Source: Chiloscyllium plagiosum
Lineage: Eukaryota
DNA length: 63,094 nucleotides
Direction of reading: 5' to 3'
NCBI RefSeq assembly: GCF_004010195.1
Contig: NC_057749.1
Span: 18,330,488-18,393,581, forward strand
Every line of letters starts with the position of its first letter. Position 1 is the stretch's first letter. Shown piece by piece: positions 22,300 through 35,718 of the stretch. Both the position numbers and the translations under genes were made by a program. The notes under the pieces were generated by a model. That model ran no database searches, was not told the DNA's origin, and saw nothing but the letters and a program-made list of their open reading frames with translations.

Positions 22300-22545
22300 C
22301 ATCAGTTTCAAAACATGGATCCCCTGTCCCACACCTATATCATGTTCTCCCTCTCCATCAGGATCATGAAAGTCTAGTTCTAGGATAGGTGGTTGTGCCT
22401 CAGCCTGTAACTAGACTCCACAATACACCCCTGGAAACAGTCAGCAAGTTCAAAGATCTACAGCTTATTTCTTGACAAAAAGCTCAGTGCATGCATTGGA
22501 AAGACAGCCACCAACTTCGATAGACTGAGAAAATGGTCATGTAAA
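22300..22545 (+). mobile_element. Possible RTE-clade LINE fragment
   Basis: LETVSKFKDL...IGKTATNFDRL resembles the RTE RT C-terminal motif. Confidence 0.35.
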
Positions 22546-23824
22546 CACTTCAGTTGTTGTTTTCCTTCATGGTTGCAGTAAGCATCATGGTGATTTGATG
22601 ATAAGAGTTGGTCGGCCATTGATCATTGTTTTAGCCATCAAACTGTAACTGTGTCGTTTGCCTCAGGGGCAGGATGCTGCTGTTGTTGACTGGACACTAT
22701 GATCTCGACCTTTTGTGTACTCCTGCTCTGAGGGGGCCTTTTGAGAATTCTATTTTCCTCTCACAACCAAGTAGTTTAATTGTTCAAAATGATTTCAACT
22801 GTGTTGCTTTGTTTTTGATGCTTGTTACATTGCTGGTTAACCCACGAGAAGTGCAGCTGGCCTCGTGCCTGTACTGTTAATCATCTCTCAGTGTTAGTGA
22901 GCAGTGAAATGGATGAGTGACTGGCACGCCAATCCCAGTAATGTTTTGCATGGATGACCAGTGTTGTTAGCAGTGTGTGTAATCTTGAATTGATGTCTGT
23001 GATCTATGGTTCAGTATGTCTTCTGATGGGAGAATCATTTGCCACGGAGTGCAGACAACTTTGTCTTTGACAAAGAAGACTGTTGGAGGCTGGTGAACCC
23101 TCTGTTTCTCAATTTTGAGCGTCTCCAGTCCAGTCACTGCTTCTACACAAAGTTTTGCTGATATACAAAACTTTGTGGGCCACTTACAGTTTATATTTTA
23201 TAGCAGTGAGGCATCCTTGAGTGTGTGCTATCCTTTAGATATTTCCTGCACTCTTTCTGTACTGGTGTAAACCTCAGTGTAACTTGCCATTGCTAACCAA
23301 CACATGACACCTGAACCCTAGTGAACAACAAGACCAGGACTCCATTGTTACAGGTTTGAGGAGTGTTCAAACTTCAGTAGAATGACCAAGAAGGAGAGAG
23401 AGCTTGTTAAACCAGGTACAGCAAGAAAACAGAGGGAGGAAGAAAGGTTGGATTGAGAGAAAAAATAGGAAGTAATAGTAAGAAGGAAATGGAAGATGTT
23501 AAATTTTCGAGAGTCTTGTAGAAGAATTTACTGCCTATAGGAATGGGAATTTAGTGTACAGATCTAGCAAGGTGAGAAAAATCATGTTGAGGCTAAGGGA
23601 AAGTTGTAGGAGATGACAATTGGCGTCACCCAAGTAAGTTCTGGAGTTTGACAGCTCACACCACATCATTTCTTTCGCTGAGCCTGTTGGCTGATTTGCA
23701 AAATAATATTGGTGAGTGTCATAATGATACCTTTGACAGCATTTGTTGAGTCATACTGTGCATTTATAGTTTTCTTTGTCAAAGTGTTCAGTTTAGTCTT
23801 TGTAGTGTGTTGATGGTGTTTAGT

Positions 23825-23883
23825 AGGTAAAAACAATGACTGCAGACTGCAGATTAGTGGTGCTGGACCACTAATCCAAAAAA
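23825..23883 (-). mobile_element. 59-nt collapsed remnant of the fold-back PLE family
   Basis: 14-bp TSD TGATGGTGTTTAGT (23811-23824 and 23884-23897). Tail is the reverse complement of 43623-43644 apart from a T-run length. gattagtggt/accactaatc mini-hairpin. Confidence 0.85.
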
Positions 23884-24234
23884 TGATGGTGTTTAGTGAT
23901 GAGCTTCAGCCGATTTCCTTTACAAGACTCTAATGCCCACCTACCTTTCACCACTGTATGAAGAAATATCCAGTGAGTCCCTCTCTCCCAAGTCAATTAT
24001 ACATCAGTGACTCGGGCAGCTAGACCAGCACTAGAGTTTGAAATAGAGGGGAGAGAGATGGAGAACTGCTGATCACAATTAGATTTGGAAAGTCTTTGCT
24101 GACCCAGGGGATGAAAGGAGAGGAGCCTGATGCTGGTGATGTTCTCGCATATCTGTTCTTGTCCTTGAAGGTGCTGTCTAAAGAGCCTTGTCTCAGGGGC
24201 AAGGATGTCAATTTGCATTTTTCACTTAGCTGGT

Positions 24235-24870
24235 CTCTAGGCTGAGTGGTGTAACACCCATCTCCCAAGTTAGGTCGGAGGTTTAAAGGCAGCTGCATCA
24301 ATTTAAATAGTAATCTAGACTGACATTTTGATACAGTACTGAAAGAGTCCTGTAGTGTGGGAGGCACTGGCTTGATGTTCAAAACTGAGAAGCTTTCTGC
24401 CTTTTGATGTGAAAATCTAATGCAAAGGAAGAGTAGGGGTGTTCTTCTGTTCTGGATAATTCCCTCAACCAAATCAGATAATCTGTAGTATCCTGTTCTA
24501 TGTAAACAGGGTGGATCCATGTACATGCTCTATGGAGATTGTGAAATGCCTTGGAAGTGGTTCACGACACATGGCAACTTTTTTGCCCAGAGCAATATCC
24601 CATAAAAAGCAATTGATCAAATTCATCTGTTTTAAAGTGATGATTGAGGGAAGAATGTTGGTCAGAAATCTGGGAGAAGTCCATAGTGCCTGATTGAATC
24701 CTCAGTGCTGACCTGGATCACTGGAACAGGCAGCTGGGGCCTCCTATTAACATCTGAACTGTTTACTTGCAGCCTTGCAGCACTGAATAGTTGGCCTGGA
24801 GTGGAGTTTCACTCTACAGCTTTCAGAATCAGAGATCAGAATGCTCACAGCTGGACCAAGTGATGGTTAC
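24235..24870. mobile_element. Two degenerate DeuSINE-like copies (+ at about 24235-24490, - at about 24545-24870)
   Basis: tRNA-like head, tctagactgac...cagtactga and gaagagtaggggtgttct motifs, followed by reverse-complement motifs. Confidence 0.45.
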
Positions 24871-25149
24871 AGACTGCCACTGACCTCTGTTGTGGATTAC
24901 CACACTACCACTGCTGGACATGTGAACTTGGGAAATAAAGGCAGCTATATCACAGGGTTTTACTGTTACGCCTTCCCAATGTGATGTGTTCGAAGGGGTT
25001 GTGTGCTTTTTCTGCTTTCTGGTGGAATCCTGTATTGCATCTACCTCAATATCTAGCATGTCAAAATTTCAGTTCAATGGAAGTAGTATTTTGTTTGCTC
25101 ATGCAGCATCTGTGATCTCATCCTCATCCCTAAATCCTTCACAGCCTAA

Positions 25150-25440
25150 TTGCTCCATGTTTCTGTTCCCTCCAGTCCTTAAGCGTCCCCCTACACTCCA
25201 CCATTCCTGGGAACCCAGCTTTTGGAGCTCCTCCCTCCCTTCCACTGTTAGCCCCTTTGTCATTTGGTCCCTGAAGTTAGTCTCTCCATCTGCTTTTCCT
25301 CCTTTTAAGGCCTTCCTTAATTCCAATTTCTTTGACACAGCTTTTTGGTTGTGCTTCTCAATATCTCCTCCCTTGACTTGATGTCTAGATATTTCCTTCC
25401 CCTTTGTTACCTGTCAAGAATACTGGGATGTTTCTCTAAA
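25150..25440 (+). mobile_element. L2-like LINE 3' end
   Basis: cttttggagctccctcc...ctttaagg..ttcctt...ctttgacacagctttt is similar to 40630-40830. Confidence 0.45.
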
Positions 25441-27487
25441 AGTTGACCAGTTTGGACTTGATGTGGCTCACGCCTAAGGCTTTTTGCTCTGAGGTTTTTT
25501 TTATGTTTCAGACTAATAGTGATATAAACTCACAGTTCACAGCTGGGGTGTCCTCAACTCCAGTTTAGTGATGAAATTTCTGTCCATACCTTGTGTTTTC
25601 ATTCTTAATTATTGGAAAACAGTTGTTGAAAATGTTTCAGAAGTGACTATGTTTTGGCAATGTGCATGTTTGTGTTTGATCTATTTAATTGCATGCTGCA
25701 CATTTTAAATTTCAAAACAGGATACAGGCTTTGTTCCTTTTGCGGACTGTGTTAAAAACAAAAGCTTTGGACACAGATCAATGAAAATTATCTTCCTAGA
25801 TTTCTCAATTACACATTTGGGTCACCTGATGTCTTACACCTCAGTAACCGCTGATTTACAATGGGAATGGAATATTGGCTGTGTCATACAGTCCAAGAAT
25901 GGATTGTGTGTAAAATAATTATAGCTAGATAAAGAACTACGTAATTATTCATCATTGGGTGCAATGATGTTGGAGTGTTTTATTATGCATTAGTTCCAAT
26001 TATTTCACTGCTCTCCTGAGTTGAGTGTTTAGTGTTTTCGTTTTTAGTGTTTAGTGTTTTCATCCTTCGGATTTGTTTTGTGTTCTGATAAATTTCATTA
26101 CGTTAAATGAAAGAAATGGTAATTAATGCAGGGACAATTAGAGGTGAACCAAGAATTTGGAAGTTTGAGGATGAAGGCAAATATGTGCACACAGGAGACT
26201 TAAGAACATCAGCAATAGACCAAGAAAGAGAACAAATATAATAATATTTGAACCTTTTTATGATCATGGCTTCGGAACAGCCTTGAATATTTTGCATTCA
26301 ATGTATTAAATCTTTGACATATACTTAGCATGCTGCAGGCAAGTGTGGTTCAATTGTAAGATCCCACAAACATTAAGCAAGAGGCAAATCGGACAGTTGA
26401 GAGGAGATTTTGGTTCAGTGCCTGCACACTTCATCCCAAAACTTTGTTGTAGAAAGGCAGGATCTCCAAATTCAGAGCAGATTTAACCTTTTGTTCAACC
26501 CACACTTGCTTTTCCTCACCATTACTGTCATGTATCTCAAATTGTCCTGTCGAACCACCTCCTCTTCTGTGAAGACACTCTTTAACACCTGCCTCTGATG
26601 ACACAGGGTTTAGATATCTGTTTCCATTTTTGTCTGATTATCTTTCCATGATGCAACTGTGCACAATGTATTTGCTTCTAGATGCTGTGTAAATGGAGTT
26701 TGGGGTTTAGTTTCAAGGACAGGATTGAATTTCTGCCTCCTCGAGTTCATTGACAGTGAGTGCTGTTTAATGATGGGATAATGTATAGCCAAACATGATT
26801 GTCCTCATTCATGTGATTTCTCCCAGAGCTGCTGCCGCTTCTTCCTCGCTGACTTGTCTTTCTTTTTCTCCTTTGGGAGAGTGAAAACTGTTGTAGGGTC
26901 TTCAATGCAAACCTCACTGTGGATAGTTGAGCCATAGTGGATAATTGAAATTGATTTCTTAATGAACTGTTTTGGAATTTGTTTCAATTATTATTTAAAG
27001 GAAATAGATTTGAAAAACACAATGCATAATTCCTTCCAGGAGAAGAGTAAAGATGACCACTAAGATGAATTCAAGACTTTCTCTAATGTGTTAAAACAAT
27101 GGTCAGGAGTCAGAGAGTCACCTGTAAAGGAGCTAGAAGAAAGTTTTTGCAGGATGTAGGATGGTCAGAAGATGTGATGAGCCCATAAGGTGAACATGGC
27201 TATAAACCGAAATATTTTGAATCCCCCTGCTTTTTTATTCACTCCTGGGATGTGCTTTCAAGGTGATAGCTCACCATCACCTTCTCAAGGACAGCTCGGG
27301 TGAGCAATAAATGCTGGTCCAGTCAGTAATACCCAGATTCCATGAGAGAATGAAACAAAGTTAATTTACAAGAGGACTTTTGGACAGGGGAAACTTGAAC
27401 ACAAACATTCTGGCCCAGAGACTGGGACATAACCACTATGCCATGATCCCTCAAAGAGGCCCTGAAGTGAAATCATTGTAGGCATAC

Positions 27488-27561
27488 TGCTGAAACTGAG
27501 GATTGAACCAGGGGCCTTTTAGATCTTCAGTCTAGCCCTCTCCTAACTGAGCTATTTTGGC
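27488..27561 (-). pseudogene. tRNA-Phe(GAA) pseudogene
   Basis: Minus strand GCCAAAATAGCTCAGTTAGGAGAGGGCTAGACTGAAGATCTAAAAGGCCCCTGGTTCAATCCTCAGTTTCAGCA aligns end to end with vertebrate tRNA-Phe (about 10 substitutions, 1 insertion). Acceptor stem broken; no oligo-T terminator. Confidence 0.9.
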
Positions 27562-28317
27562 TGCCCCCTTTGTGTGTAAATCACCAGGGAATTAGTAAAT
27601 ATGGAGCCCTCCATAATTGGTGATCATCCAAATTGGATTAGTGACTGACATCAGTGAGATGGAAGCCCTAGACAGACTAAACAGGTGTTGAAAACAACAT
27701 ATCGTGCTGCGCTGGCTGATGTTATCCTTGGGGAGTAAATGAGACCAAGACTGAACTTTGTAATGTGCTGCTTTTGTAAGAGATGAAGACTGCTCAGCTC
27801 CTGCTTGTTTGGAGGTTGGCTGCCCTGATGTCCATTTTCAACGAAGGTGGAAAAATGGACTGAGGCGATTAGTTTAATTAGTTTAAACCATCAGTTTAAT
27901 GTCATACCAGACAAAATCATGGAATTAGATATCAAGATAAAATCATAGTTCTTGAATAGTTCTTTAAATCGTAGTCACTGACACAGATTTAGAAGGGGAA
28001 ATCCTGACTGTTTGATATTTTTGGAGGAAATGACTTCCTCTGAGTGACATCCTCTTGACTCCAAAGACAAAATCTTGTACATAATGCCAAATGTTTTTGT
28101 TTGGAGGGTCTGAGCAGCTAACTGGGACTGTAAAATGAGCAGACTAAATGTGGACCTGTGCCAGGTAAATATAGATAGCCATAAAAAGTTGCACAGAGGA
28201 AGAAAAAGCACAGGCAGAATTAGTGCTTTAATAGTTACTCACAAACTTATAAGAGATCCAAGGGTATCACTGAATTCTGGCGTCAGCACCTTATTCCATC
28301 ATTCAGGGTTTTTGAAG

Positions 28318-28622
28318 GTTTTATTTATTGAACTTGGATGCCACAGGCAAGACCAACATGTTGCTCATCCCTAGCTGCCCTTGGTTTGCAAGGCCATTTG
28401 AGGCAGTTCCGAATCAATCACATTGCTGTGGATCTGGAGCCACATGTCGGCCAGAAGACATCTATTGTATCAGATAGGCTTTTTGTTATAATTGATGGGA
28501 GTTACCATGGTCAACATTACTGAGACGAGCTTTATATTCCTGATTATTCATTGAGTTTGAATTGTACTAGCTGAATTTACCTTTGAACCTGGGACTCTGG
28601 TTGCTAGTCCAGTGACACCACC
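28318..28622 (-). mobile_element. tRNA-derived SINE with RTE-X-like tail
   Basis: Reverse complement of family motifs (aatcaatcacattgctgtggatctggag; ctagtccagtgacacca). Confidence 0.6.
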
Positions 28623-29034
28623 ATGTCCCCACCTCCCCCTCCCCCTCAGTAGTTTGGTCTCCAAGTAAAACCTTGCATCTTTTCGAATTATATGCAGGAC
28701 TATTTTCTTGTCAGTCCATTTAGAGATGTTAGTACAGACCTCTGGCGAAGGTGAGACTTGAACCCAGCTTTCCTGGTTCAGAGATAGAGACACTACCACA
28801 AGAAGCCTAGCTATATCCATAGATTCCAAGAGCTCTATTGTCACCTAATATGGTCTGAAAGAATGCCTGAGGCCGAATAGAATGAAGGAACAGTTGATGG
28901 ATATAGTAATTAAAAGTTAATTGGGTTTGAACTTGTAGCATAAATATGGAAAGCTTGTAATCAGTGGGATGAGACCTTTTATGCAGTGTGTCTAACTGAA
29001 ATGAAGCTCCCACATAAAAATGTAGGACTTTCTT

Positions 29035-29345
29035 TTTCATTCAATCACAGAATAAGGGCATAACTGGCTAGGTCAACATTTAATGCCAATCCCTAATTGC
29101 TGTGGGTCTGGACTCACACACAGGCAATGTAAGGACAACAGATTTCTTCCAAAAGGACATTAGTGAACCAGATGGGTTTTACCAACAATTGACAATGGAT
29201 TCCTGGTCATAGGCTCTTAATTCCAAATATTTGTTGGATTCAAATTTCACCATTTGTTGTAGCAGGATTCGAACCCAGATTGCCAGAACATTACCTGGGT
29301 TTTGGAGTCAAGAGTCCAGCGATAATACCACTAGGCCATTACCTC
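29035..29345 (-). mobile_element. tRNA-derived SINE with RTE-X-like tail
   Basis: ggacattagtgaaccagatgggtttt; caggattcgaaccc B-box; ataataccactaggcc head. Confidence 0.7.
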
Positions 29346-29785
29346 CCCTTGAGTTGCTTACAAATGCATTTATCATTTTGATTCTAACAACATCTGGATT
29401 CCCAGAAACTTTGTACTTGTGGAGCAGTTCCTCAAATTTGGGTATCCAGCAGTGTGTGCCCTCTGTATGGTTAATGATCTTATTATATCCTGTTGTCATC
29501 AGTTACAAAGACATGCTGTTTAGAAGGCAGGGCCCATCGCAGAGAAACTACAGAGCATATAGTGAGAGTGAAAGTATCTGAATGAGAAGTTGAGGCAGCA
29601 AACTGGGGAAACAGGAAAAAAGATCTTCAGTTGGTTTGAGGAGGAGTCTTCAGACCGGGGCAAGTGTGGTTAATTGTTCAAACCACACTTAGCTCATGTT
29701 AGACTTTAGGTCGAGGCAGGGTTTGTGGTTTCAGTTAGTGTAAGCAAAAGAATGACTCAGTTGTCCAAAGCTTTTCTAGATAATT

Positions 29786-30028
29786 TTAATCAACTTGTTC
29801 AGACATGTAATGACACACCCGTGGAGTAAGTGAGACTTGAACAAAGGTGGGCCTTTGTTCCCAAGGAGGGACACCTCTGCTGCACCCTTGCAAAACTTTT
29901 CCATTTTTATTCAACTTATCTTTTCTAATCAACCTGTTGGGAGATGTTGCTACACACTTCTGGAGCAGGTGGGACTTGAACTCAGGCCTCTGGATCCAGG
30001 GGCAGGTACATCACAAGAGGCCCTCTTC
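29786..30028 (-). mobile_element. Two adjacent short tRNA-derived SINE heads (related copies at about 27375-27460, 28705-28800 and 34880-34960)
   Basis: Twice taatcaac(c/t)tgtt...acacac...ggag..gtg(a/g)gacttgaac. Confidence 0.55.
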
Positions 30029-31384
30029 TAAAGGTTTTCTAAATTTACAATTGTTATCAAGTGGTCTGGTTGATTAACTGAATCATATTCGCCTAATCAA
30101 TTAGACTTTAAATGACGTTGGGGTTCCCAATCCTGGGATCTTATCTGTGGTGATTGCTACTTGGAGACCATTTGCTTACCCCACTTATTGATCCCTTTTG
30201 ACATCGTTGTGGTGTTGTTATGATTTAAAAATGCCTGAATTGGTTCCATATGCTTCAGTCCAGGTTGTTCCAGAAGCAGCCTCGTGTGGCTTTTATTCTA
30301 TGTTGAAGCAAATCAAACAGGCTGGTGTTATCTGAGAGGATCCTTTGCTTGGAGATGTGAGAACCAGCACTTCATTCCTGTAATACTGTGCAGCCTGAAT
30401 GTAAGCCACACATTCAGCTGTGAGCTGCACAGTAAAAGCTGGTCTTAGCTGTGAGCTTCTGGATTCGTGACTATTCTGCTGTCAGGTTCTCTGCCTCGTC
30501 ATTATGTGAAAGGAAGTGTTTTTATTGTGGAGTTTGACGATGAATTTGACAAGTGTCCACAACTTTCCACACTCAGTTAACCAATATATCATGAGTGCGC
30601 TGTAGTTTAGTGCTAACATTTGGAAGGTGTGTTCCTTCCTGTTGTAGGCTGACAGTTTTGTGTTCCTTCTGTTTATGCTGTTTGCTCCATGTTATGTGGA
30701 AGGTGGTGAACAATTCTGTATTCCATCATCTTGGATCACTTGTTAGTCTGGACTAACCCATGATGCGGTCAGGCAGTCTGATGGAGAAGTTACTTTCAGC
30801 AAATCATGGGGTCTTGATTTCATTTCAGAGTTCATCTGACTTGCTGCTTTCACTTTGGAATTGTATTGATGGCATTTGTGTGAATTTGAAAACTATTCTG
30901 TTGTTACTGCCAGTGACCTAGTATTCTTGGCTCATGTAGGCTGAGAAGCTGCTGATTCTGTCTGATATGTTCTGGTAATCGACTGTAGGATCTGTACTTA
31001 GCCAAATCCTCCATTTACTGGACAGACATGCTCACAGCTTACTGCTGTTTCATTGAAGCCACATGCTGTAGCTCTCAATTGATTCAAAGTGGCCTCCTAT
31101 TCACAGTGACAATAAAGTTTCATCGTAACTCCTGACTGGGAAGAAAATACATTAGGTGGATTATAAACAGCAGGCAGTACATGTCTGGTGTCAGATGAGG
31201 TTTACAGACAGCTTGGAGGCAATGATTACTCTCTCACGCTCTCTTTCTGCTCTCCTCAACGTGTGCAGTTTTGGTCTTCAGAATACAAGTTGATTATACA
31301 AGCACTGGAATAAGTGGGGAATAAATTTTACAAAGATAATACAGGTACCAGAAACAAGATTTGATATCTGAACAATGTGTGTAA

Positions 31385-31920
31385 CAAATAGGAATGGGAG
31401 CAGGCCATTTGACTGTTTACTAAGGTTATTGCTGATATGGTTATGTCATAACTCTACTTTCCTTCCTTTTCTCATAACATTAACTCACTTGTCAATCAAA
31501 ATCTGTCTAACACCACTTTGAATACATTGAATGACCCAAGTCTCAATTTCTTTCTGTAGATTAACAACTACCCTCTGATAGAAGAAACTCTTCTTTTTCA
31601 TTTAAATTGGGAGAGCCCTTAGTCTGAAACTGTTGCCTAATTCTGGGTATCCCCTCTCAGTGTCATTGGAATCATTAGGCCACACCTCAGTCTTCTAGAC
31701 TCTTACAGATACTGCGCCTAACCTGTACTACAACTCCTCATTAGAGAAGCCTATCACCCCAGGAATCAACCTAGTGAATGTTCTCCAAGTATATCACTCC
31801 TCAGTTAAGGAGAACAGAACTGTGCACTGTAATTTAGGTGCAATCTTGTGAATACCCTGTGTAACTGTAGCAAGATTTACCTAAATTTAATATTCCAGCT
31901 GCCAACATTGAATTTGCCAG
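31385..31920 (-). mobile_element. Degenerate CR1 LINE 3' end
   Basis: ggagcaggccatt tail; cccaggaatcaacctagtgaa; cagaactgtgcactgtaa. Confidence 0.6.
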
Positions 31921-32119
31921 TGCCTTGTTCGTCATGATTCATTCCCCAGTCTCATCCTTCAAGGAGCCAGTACTCAATTTTGTTTTTTTTTTAAATTTCT
32001 GTGTACTTGAAGTGTCTATCATCTGTTTTTATGTTTCTTCCTACCTGTTTCTCGTACTTAAGTTTCTGCTTTCTTTGACATCTGAGTATGTCAAAATCTT
32101 TCCCGTAGCCATTGGAAAA

Positions 32120-32410
32120 GTCTGAACAGGCTGGGACGCTTCCCTAGAAAAGGCTGAGAGGTGACCTGTTAAGAGACTTTGTAATTGAAAATAGAGAAAA
32201 CGTTCCTATTTGTGAGATGTCCAAAGATTGGGACTGTAGATGTAAGGTAGTTATGTAATAAGATAATTACATCAAGGGAAAAGAAATTGGTAATTCTTTA
32301 GATGTTAATGGCATCAAGAGGTGGAAAGAAAGTAGGAATATGATATTGAGATGTTGGATTAAGCAGCTCAAAGGCCTGAATAGCTTACTCCTTCTCCTAG
32401 TTTCTATGTT
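32120..32410 (+). mobile_element. Degenerate CR1 LINE 3' end
   Basis: aacaggctggga...aggctgagaggtgacctg and ggcctgaatagcttactcct...tttctatg tail. Confidence 0.55.
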
Positions 32411-33551
32411 TCTGGGTAATGATTCCAGTAGTAGCTGCAGGTGAAAAGCTTTTACTTGGGAAAATGTGAAATTTGCTTCTTCTTGGAATAGTTGGGGCAG
32501 ATAACTTGGATTCAATTAAGGGGAAGCTAACAAGCACAGGGAGAAAGAAATAGAAGGGTAAACTAAGGTGAAAGGAGAAGTGTGTGAAACATAGTCCCCG
32601 GAATAGACCCATTGAGCTGAATGTTTCTCTACTGTAACATTCTGTGTAGACTATTCTAACTGGAGTCAGGAACTTTCATGCTTGTGTATAACCAGGCATG
32701 AGTGGAGCTGCTTATCTGGCAGTAGAATTGAATATCCAACTATGGAATTGTCTGGCTGGAAGATGGGCTGCAATGAAGGGTTTTAGAGTCATGACTGCTG
32801 TTTGAATACACCGTGACCAAATCAGGTAGCACAATCAGCAAGGGATTAAATTGAGACACTGGAGCAGTGGATTAGGTAAAGCACTTCAATCCCATCAGAT
32901 TTAGCAGCCTTCATTCACCCAGAACAATTTGTGTCAAAAAGTATGTCACAGTTTTTTCAGCATGGGACACCTCTGAAGAACATGATCACATCTTCAAGAG
33001 TGAGTGTAGGAAGGAAGAAACAGAACTTTTATTGCACCTTTCACAACTTCATGTCATTCGCTTGCCAGCGAATGAACTACTTTTGTAATGTCGTTACTGT
33101 TGTAATTTAGGAAACGTGGGCAATCTGTGATCTACCAGCAAAACCTACCACATCCTGTGAGCCATCTGCAGATTATCACCGCACTCCCATGGACTGCCTG
33201 CAGATATCGCAATGTTCTACGTATCCCAGCTTTCAACCATATTACCATCTTTGACATATGAGAATGCCATGTAGTCAGTTTTTTGATTCTGAGATCTAAG
33301 AATTATATAAAATGCAAGCAATTTGTAGAATCTAGAAATAAAATTTATAAAATCAAGATATCCAATTTGTATTTTTATGACCTCTAGAATTTTCAGCAGG
33401 ATAATGAAGGTTGCTGAAGTGAAATTTGCCAGTGGTGAATGTGCGAGATGTGTGATACTTCCGTTTGCAACTTTAAAAGACAACACTGAGTCTGTGAGCA
33501 CTTCACTCGTTACAAAGCATCTGAATTTATTGTGTGAATTTAAATGCTGTC

Positions 33552-33887
33552 AGCTGTGGCAGTCAGAGGAAGGCAATGGCCTATTGATCCAGAGACCCAG
33601 GTAATGTTCTGGGAACCTGGGCTCCTCCATGGATGATGGTGGAATTTAAATTCAATAAAAACCTGAAATTAAGAGTCAAATGGAGACCATGAAAACATTC
33701 TCAATTGTCGTCAAAATCTATCTAGTTCATTAATATCCTTTGGGGAAGGAAACTGCCATGCTTAGTTGACCTGGTCTACATTTTAATCCAGACTCTCAAT
33801 GATGTTGACTTTAACTGCCCTCTGGGTAATTAGCAATGGGCATTAAATGCTGGCCAAACCAGTGATGTGCACATCTTGTGAATGAAT
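33552..33887 (+). mobile_element. tRNA-derived SINE with RTE-X-like tail
   Basis: atccagagacccaggtaatgttctggg...ttcaataaa...gggcattaaatgctggcc. Confidence 0.7.
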
Positions 33888-33899
33888 TTTTAAAAACCT

Positions 33900-34320
33900 A
33901 CCTCTGGGTCCAAGTTTGGTTTCAAAAAATTTTTCAGGACTTTAACACAAAAAGCAATATTGCCAGTCTGGTGCAGTATGAGGGAATGCTGCTCTGTTGC
34001 AGGTTCGATCATTTGGATGAGGTATTCAACTGAGCTGTTGCCTGTCCTATCAGGTGGCTGCTTCTGAATGCTCTCACGGAATTAGTTTGGTGGGGGGAAT
34101 AAAGCAGGGAGATCCCCCTAGTCCTTGATCATGCCTCAATCAGCATAGAATCAGATTATCTGATAGTTACTATTTGTGGGAGCTTTGTGTCCAGTTCACT
34201 GTTGCATCTCCTACTTCATTTGGATGAGTTACACTTCAAAAAGTACTTAATTAGCCTGAAAGTGTTTTGAGATATTCAGTTATAACAGATGCTATATCAA
34301 TGCAAATTTTTCTTTCTTTC
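33900..34320 (+). mobile_element. DeuSINE-like (SacSINE1-like) SINE
   Basis: gtgcagtatgagggaatgctgc...cagattatctg...tttgtgggagct...cacttcaaaaagtacttaatt...gatgctatatcaatgcaa. Confidence 0.6.
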
Positions 34321-34444
34321 TGTTTTGTGTTAGATGAGGGGATTATAACCACTTCAAGAAAGAGAGACACAGAAACCAGGAAACTAGGCCACTTTGTTGC
34401 TCCTCTGTCTGAGGGAAAGTGCTGGAATGTACTTCTGTGAGATC

Positions 34445-35345
34445 ATAGTGGGGCACTGAGAAAATCTCAGTGCATTTAGACAAAGTCAACAAGGTTTTCA
34501 GAAATGAAAATTGTGTTTGGTGGAGTCCCTTTGTGGGTGGATAAAGGGAAGCCTTTAGATTTGGTGCACATGGATTTCCAGGAGTGTTTTCACAAGGTAC
34601 CACAGCAAAGGTTACAAATTATGAGCTCATGGTGTAGACGATAACCTATTACTAAACAGTTTGCAGAGGGAGGGGGATTTGAAAAGTTCCTATTTATATC
34701 ACTTGTTATTGACAATGTTGAAACTGATGGTCCCTTTAAGAATGAGACGTCTTCCAGAGATAATGGAGTCCAGTGGATTCTCATTGGACTATATAGTTAA
34801 GAGCTAAGGATATAATTTAATTTAAATTGGTGACAGGTAACTTGGTTTATTTTGGGGAAAAAAACGAGGCTAAAAGTAGGGGCTTTTGTAACACCTTGGT
34901 AGTTTGCCTCTCTCTGCACCAGGAGGCCTGGGTTTCAGTTCCACCTGCTCCAGGGATGTCTCAGCCATGATCATATTGAATAGTGGTGCAGGCTCGAAGG
35001 GCAGAATGGCCTACTCCTGCACCTATTGTCTATTGTCTATAACACGTCTGAAGAAGTCAATTCAAGGAAAAAGGGCTAGGAATACAAACTAAATGTTGAA
35101 ATATAAAATTCTGGATAAAGTTATACTCCTGTGATATGCTTTATGTTCTGTATTTACACGTTTTAAAACATAGGACCCTGTTGCAATTTGTTATAATGCA
35201 CTGTAATTTAATTACCATTGAGTGCACAGTGAAATCAGGCAGAGTCAACAAGGCTTTGTGAAATGGAAATTGTGCTTGATGAGAGTTCTTTTGTGGAAAT
35301 AACAAGCAAGATGGATAAAAGGAAGCCTTTAGATATGGTGCACAC
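34445..35345 (+). mobile_element. Two short degenerate CR1 RT fragments (about 34445-34640 and 35225-35345)
   Basis: Both carry agtcaacaagg...gaaa...ttgtg...ggataaa.ggaagcctttagat.tggtgcaca. Confidence 0.5.
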
Positions 35346-35718
35346 TGACCTGATGTGCTTGCCTACATGATGTCAATAGATAACTCAAGTTTTGAATATA
35401 TTTATGGAAATAGATAGTGTTATTACACTGTCAAAGAAATGGTTAAGTTCTCCCCATAAAGAATTTGGTTAGGGTGGGGAGAGAGCAAACTGGAGTTTGC
35501 ATTGCATTATGAACTTCAAATAAACAGTTGTGGAAGTCAGCCCTCTGCTTTGGTAAATGGATGATTAGCTCTGCAACAGTTATGATCCCTGGAGAGACCT
35601 TTAACAGTTTAAAGAAATTGGAACTGCCAGTTATTTGCTCAAAGCAGGACATAGCTGGATTTAACATTTTAAAACTTTTACTGTATTGACTAAACAAGAA
35701 TAACACTAGTAATTAAAT

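Noticed and set aside
24020..24526. 168-aa minus-strand ORF
   Set aside because: Spans degenerate SINE sequence, with no domain similarity or splice support.
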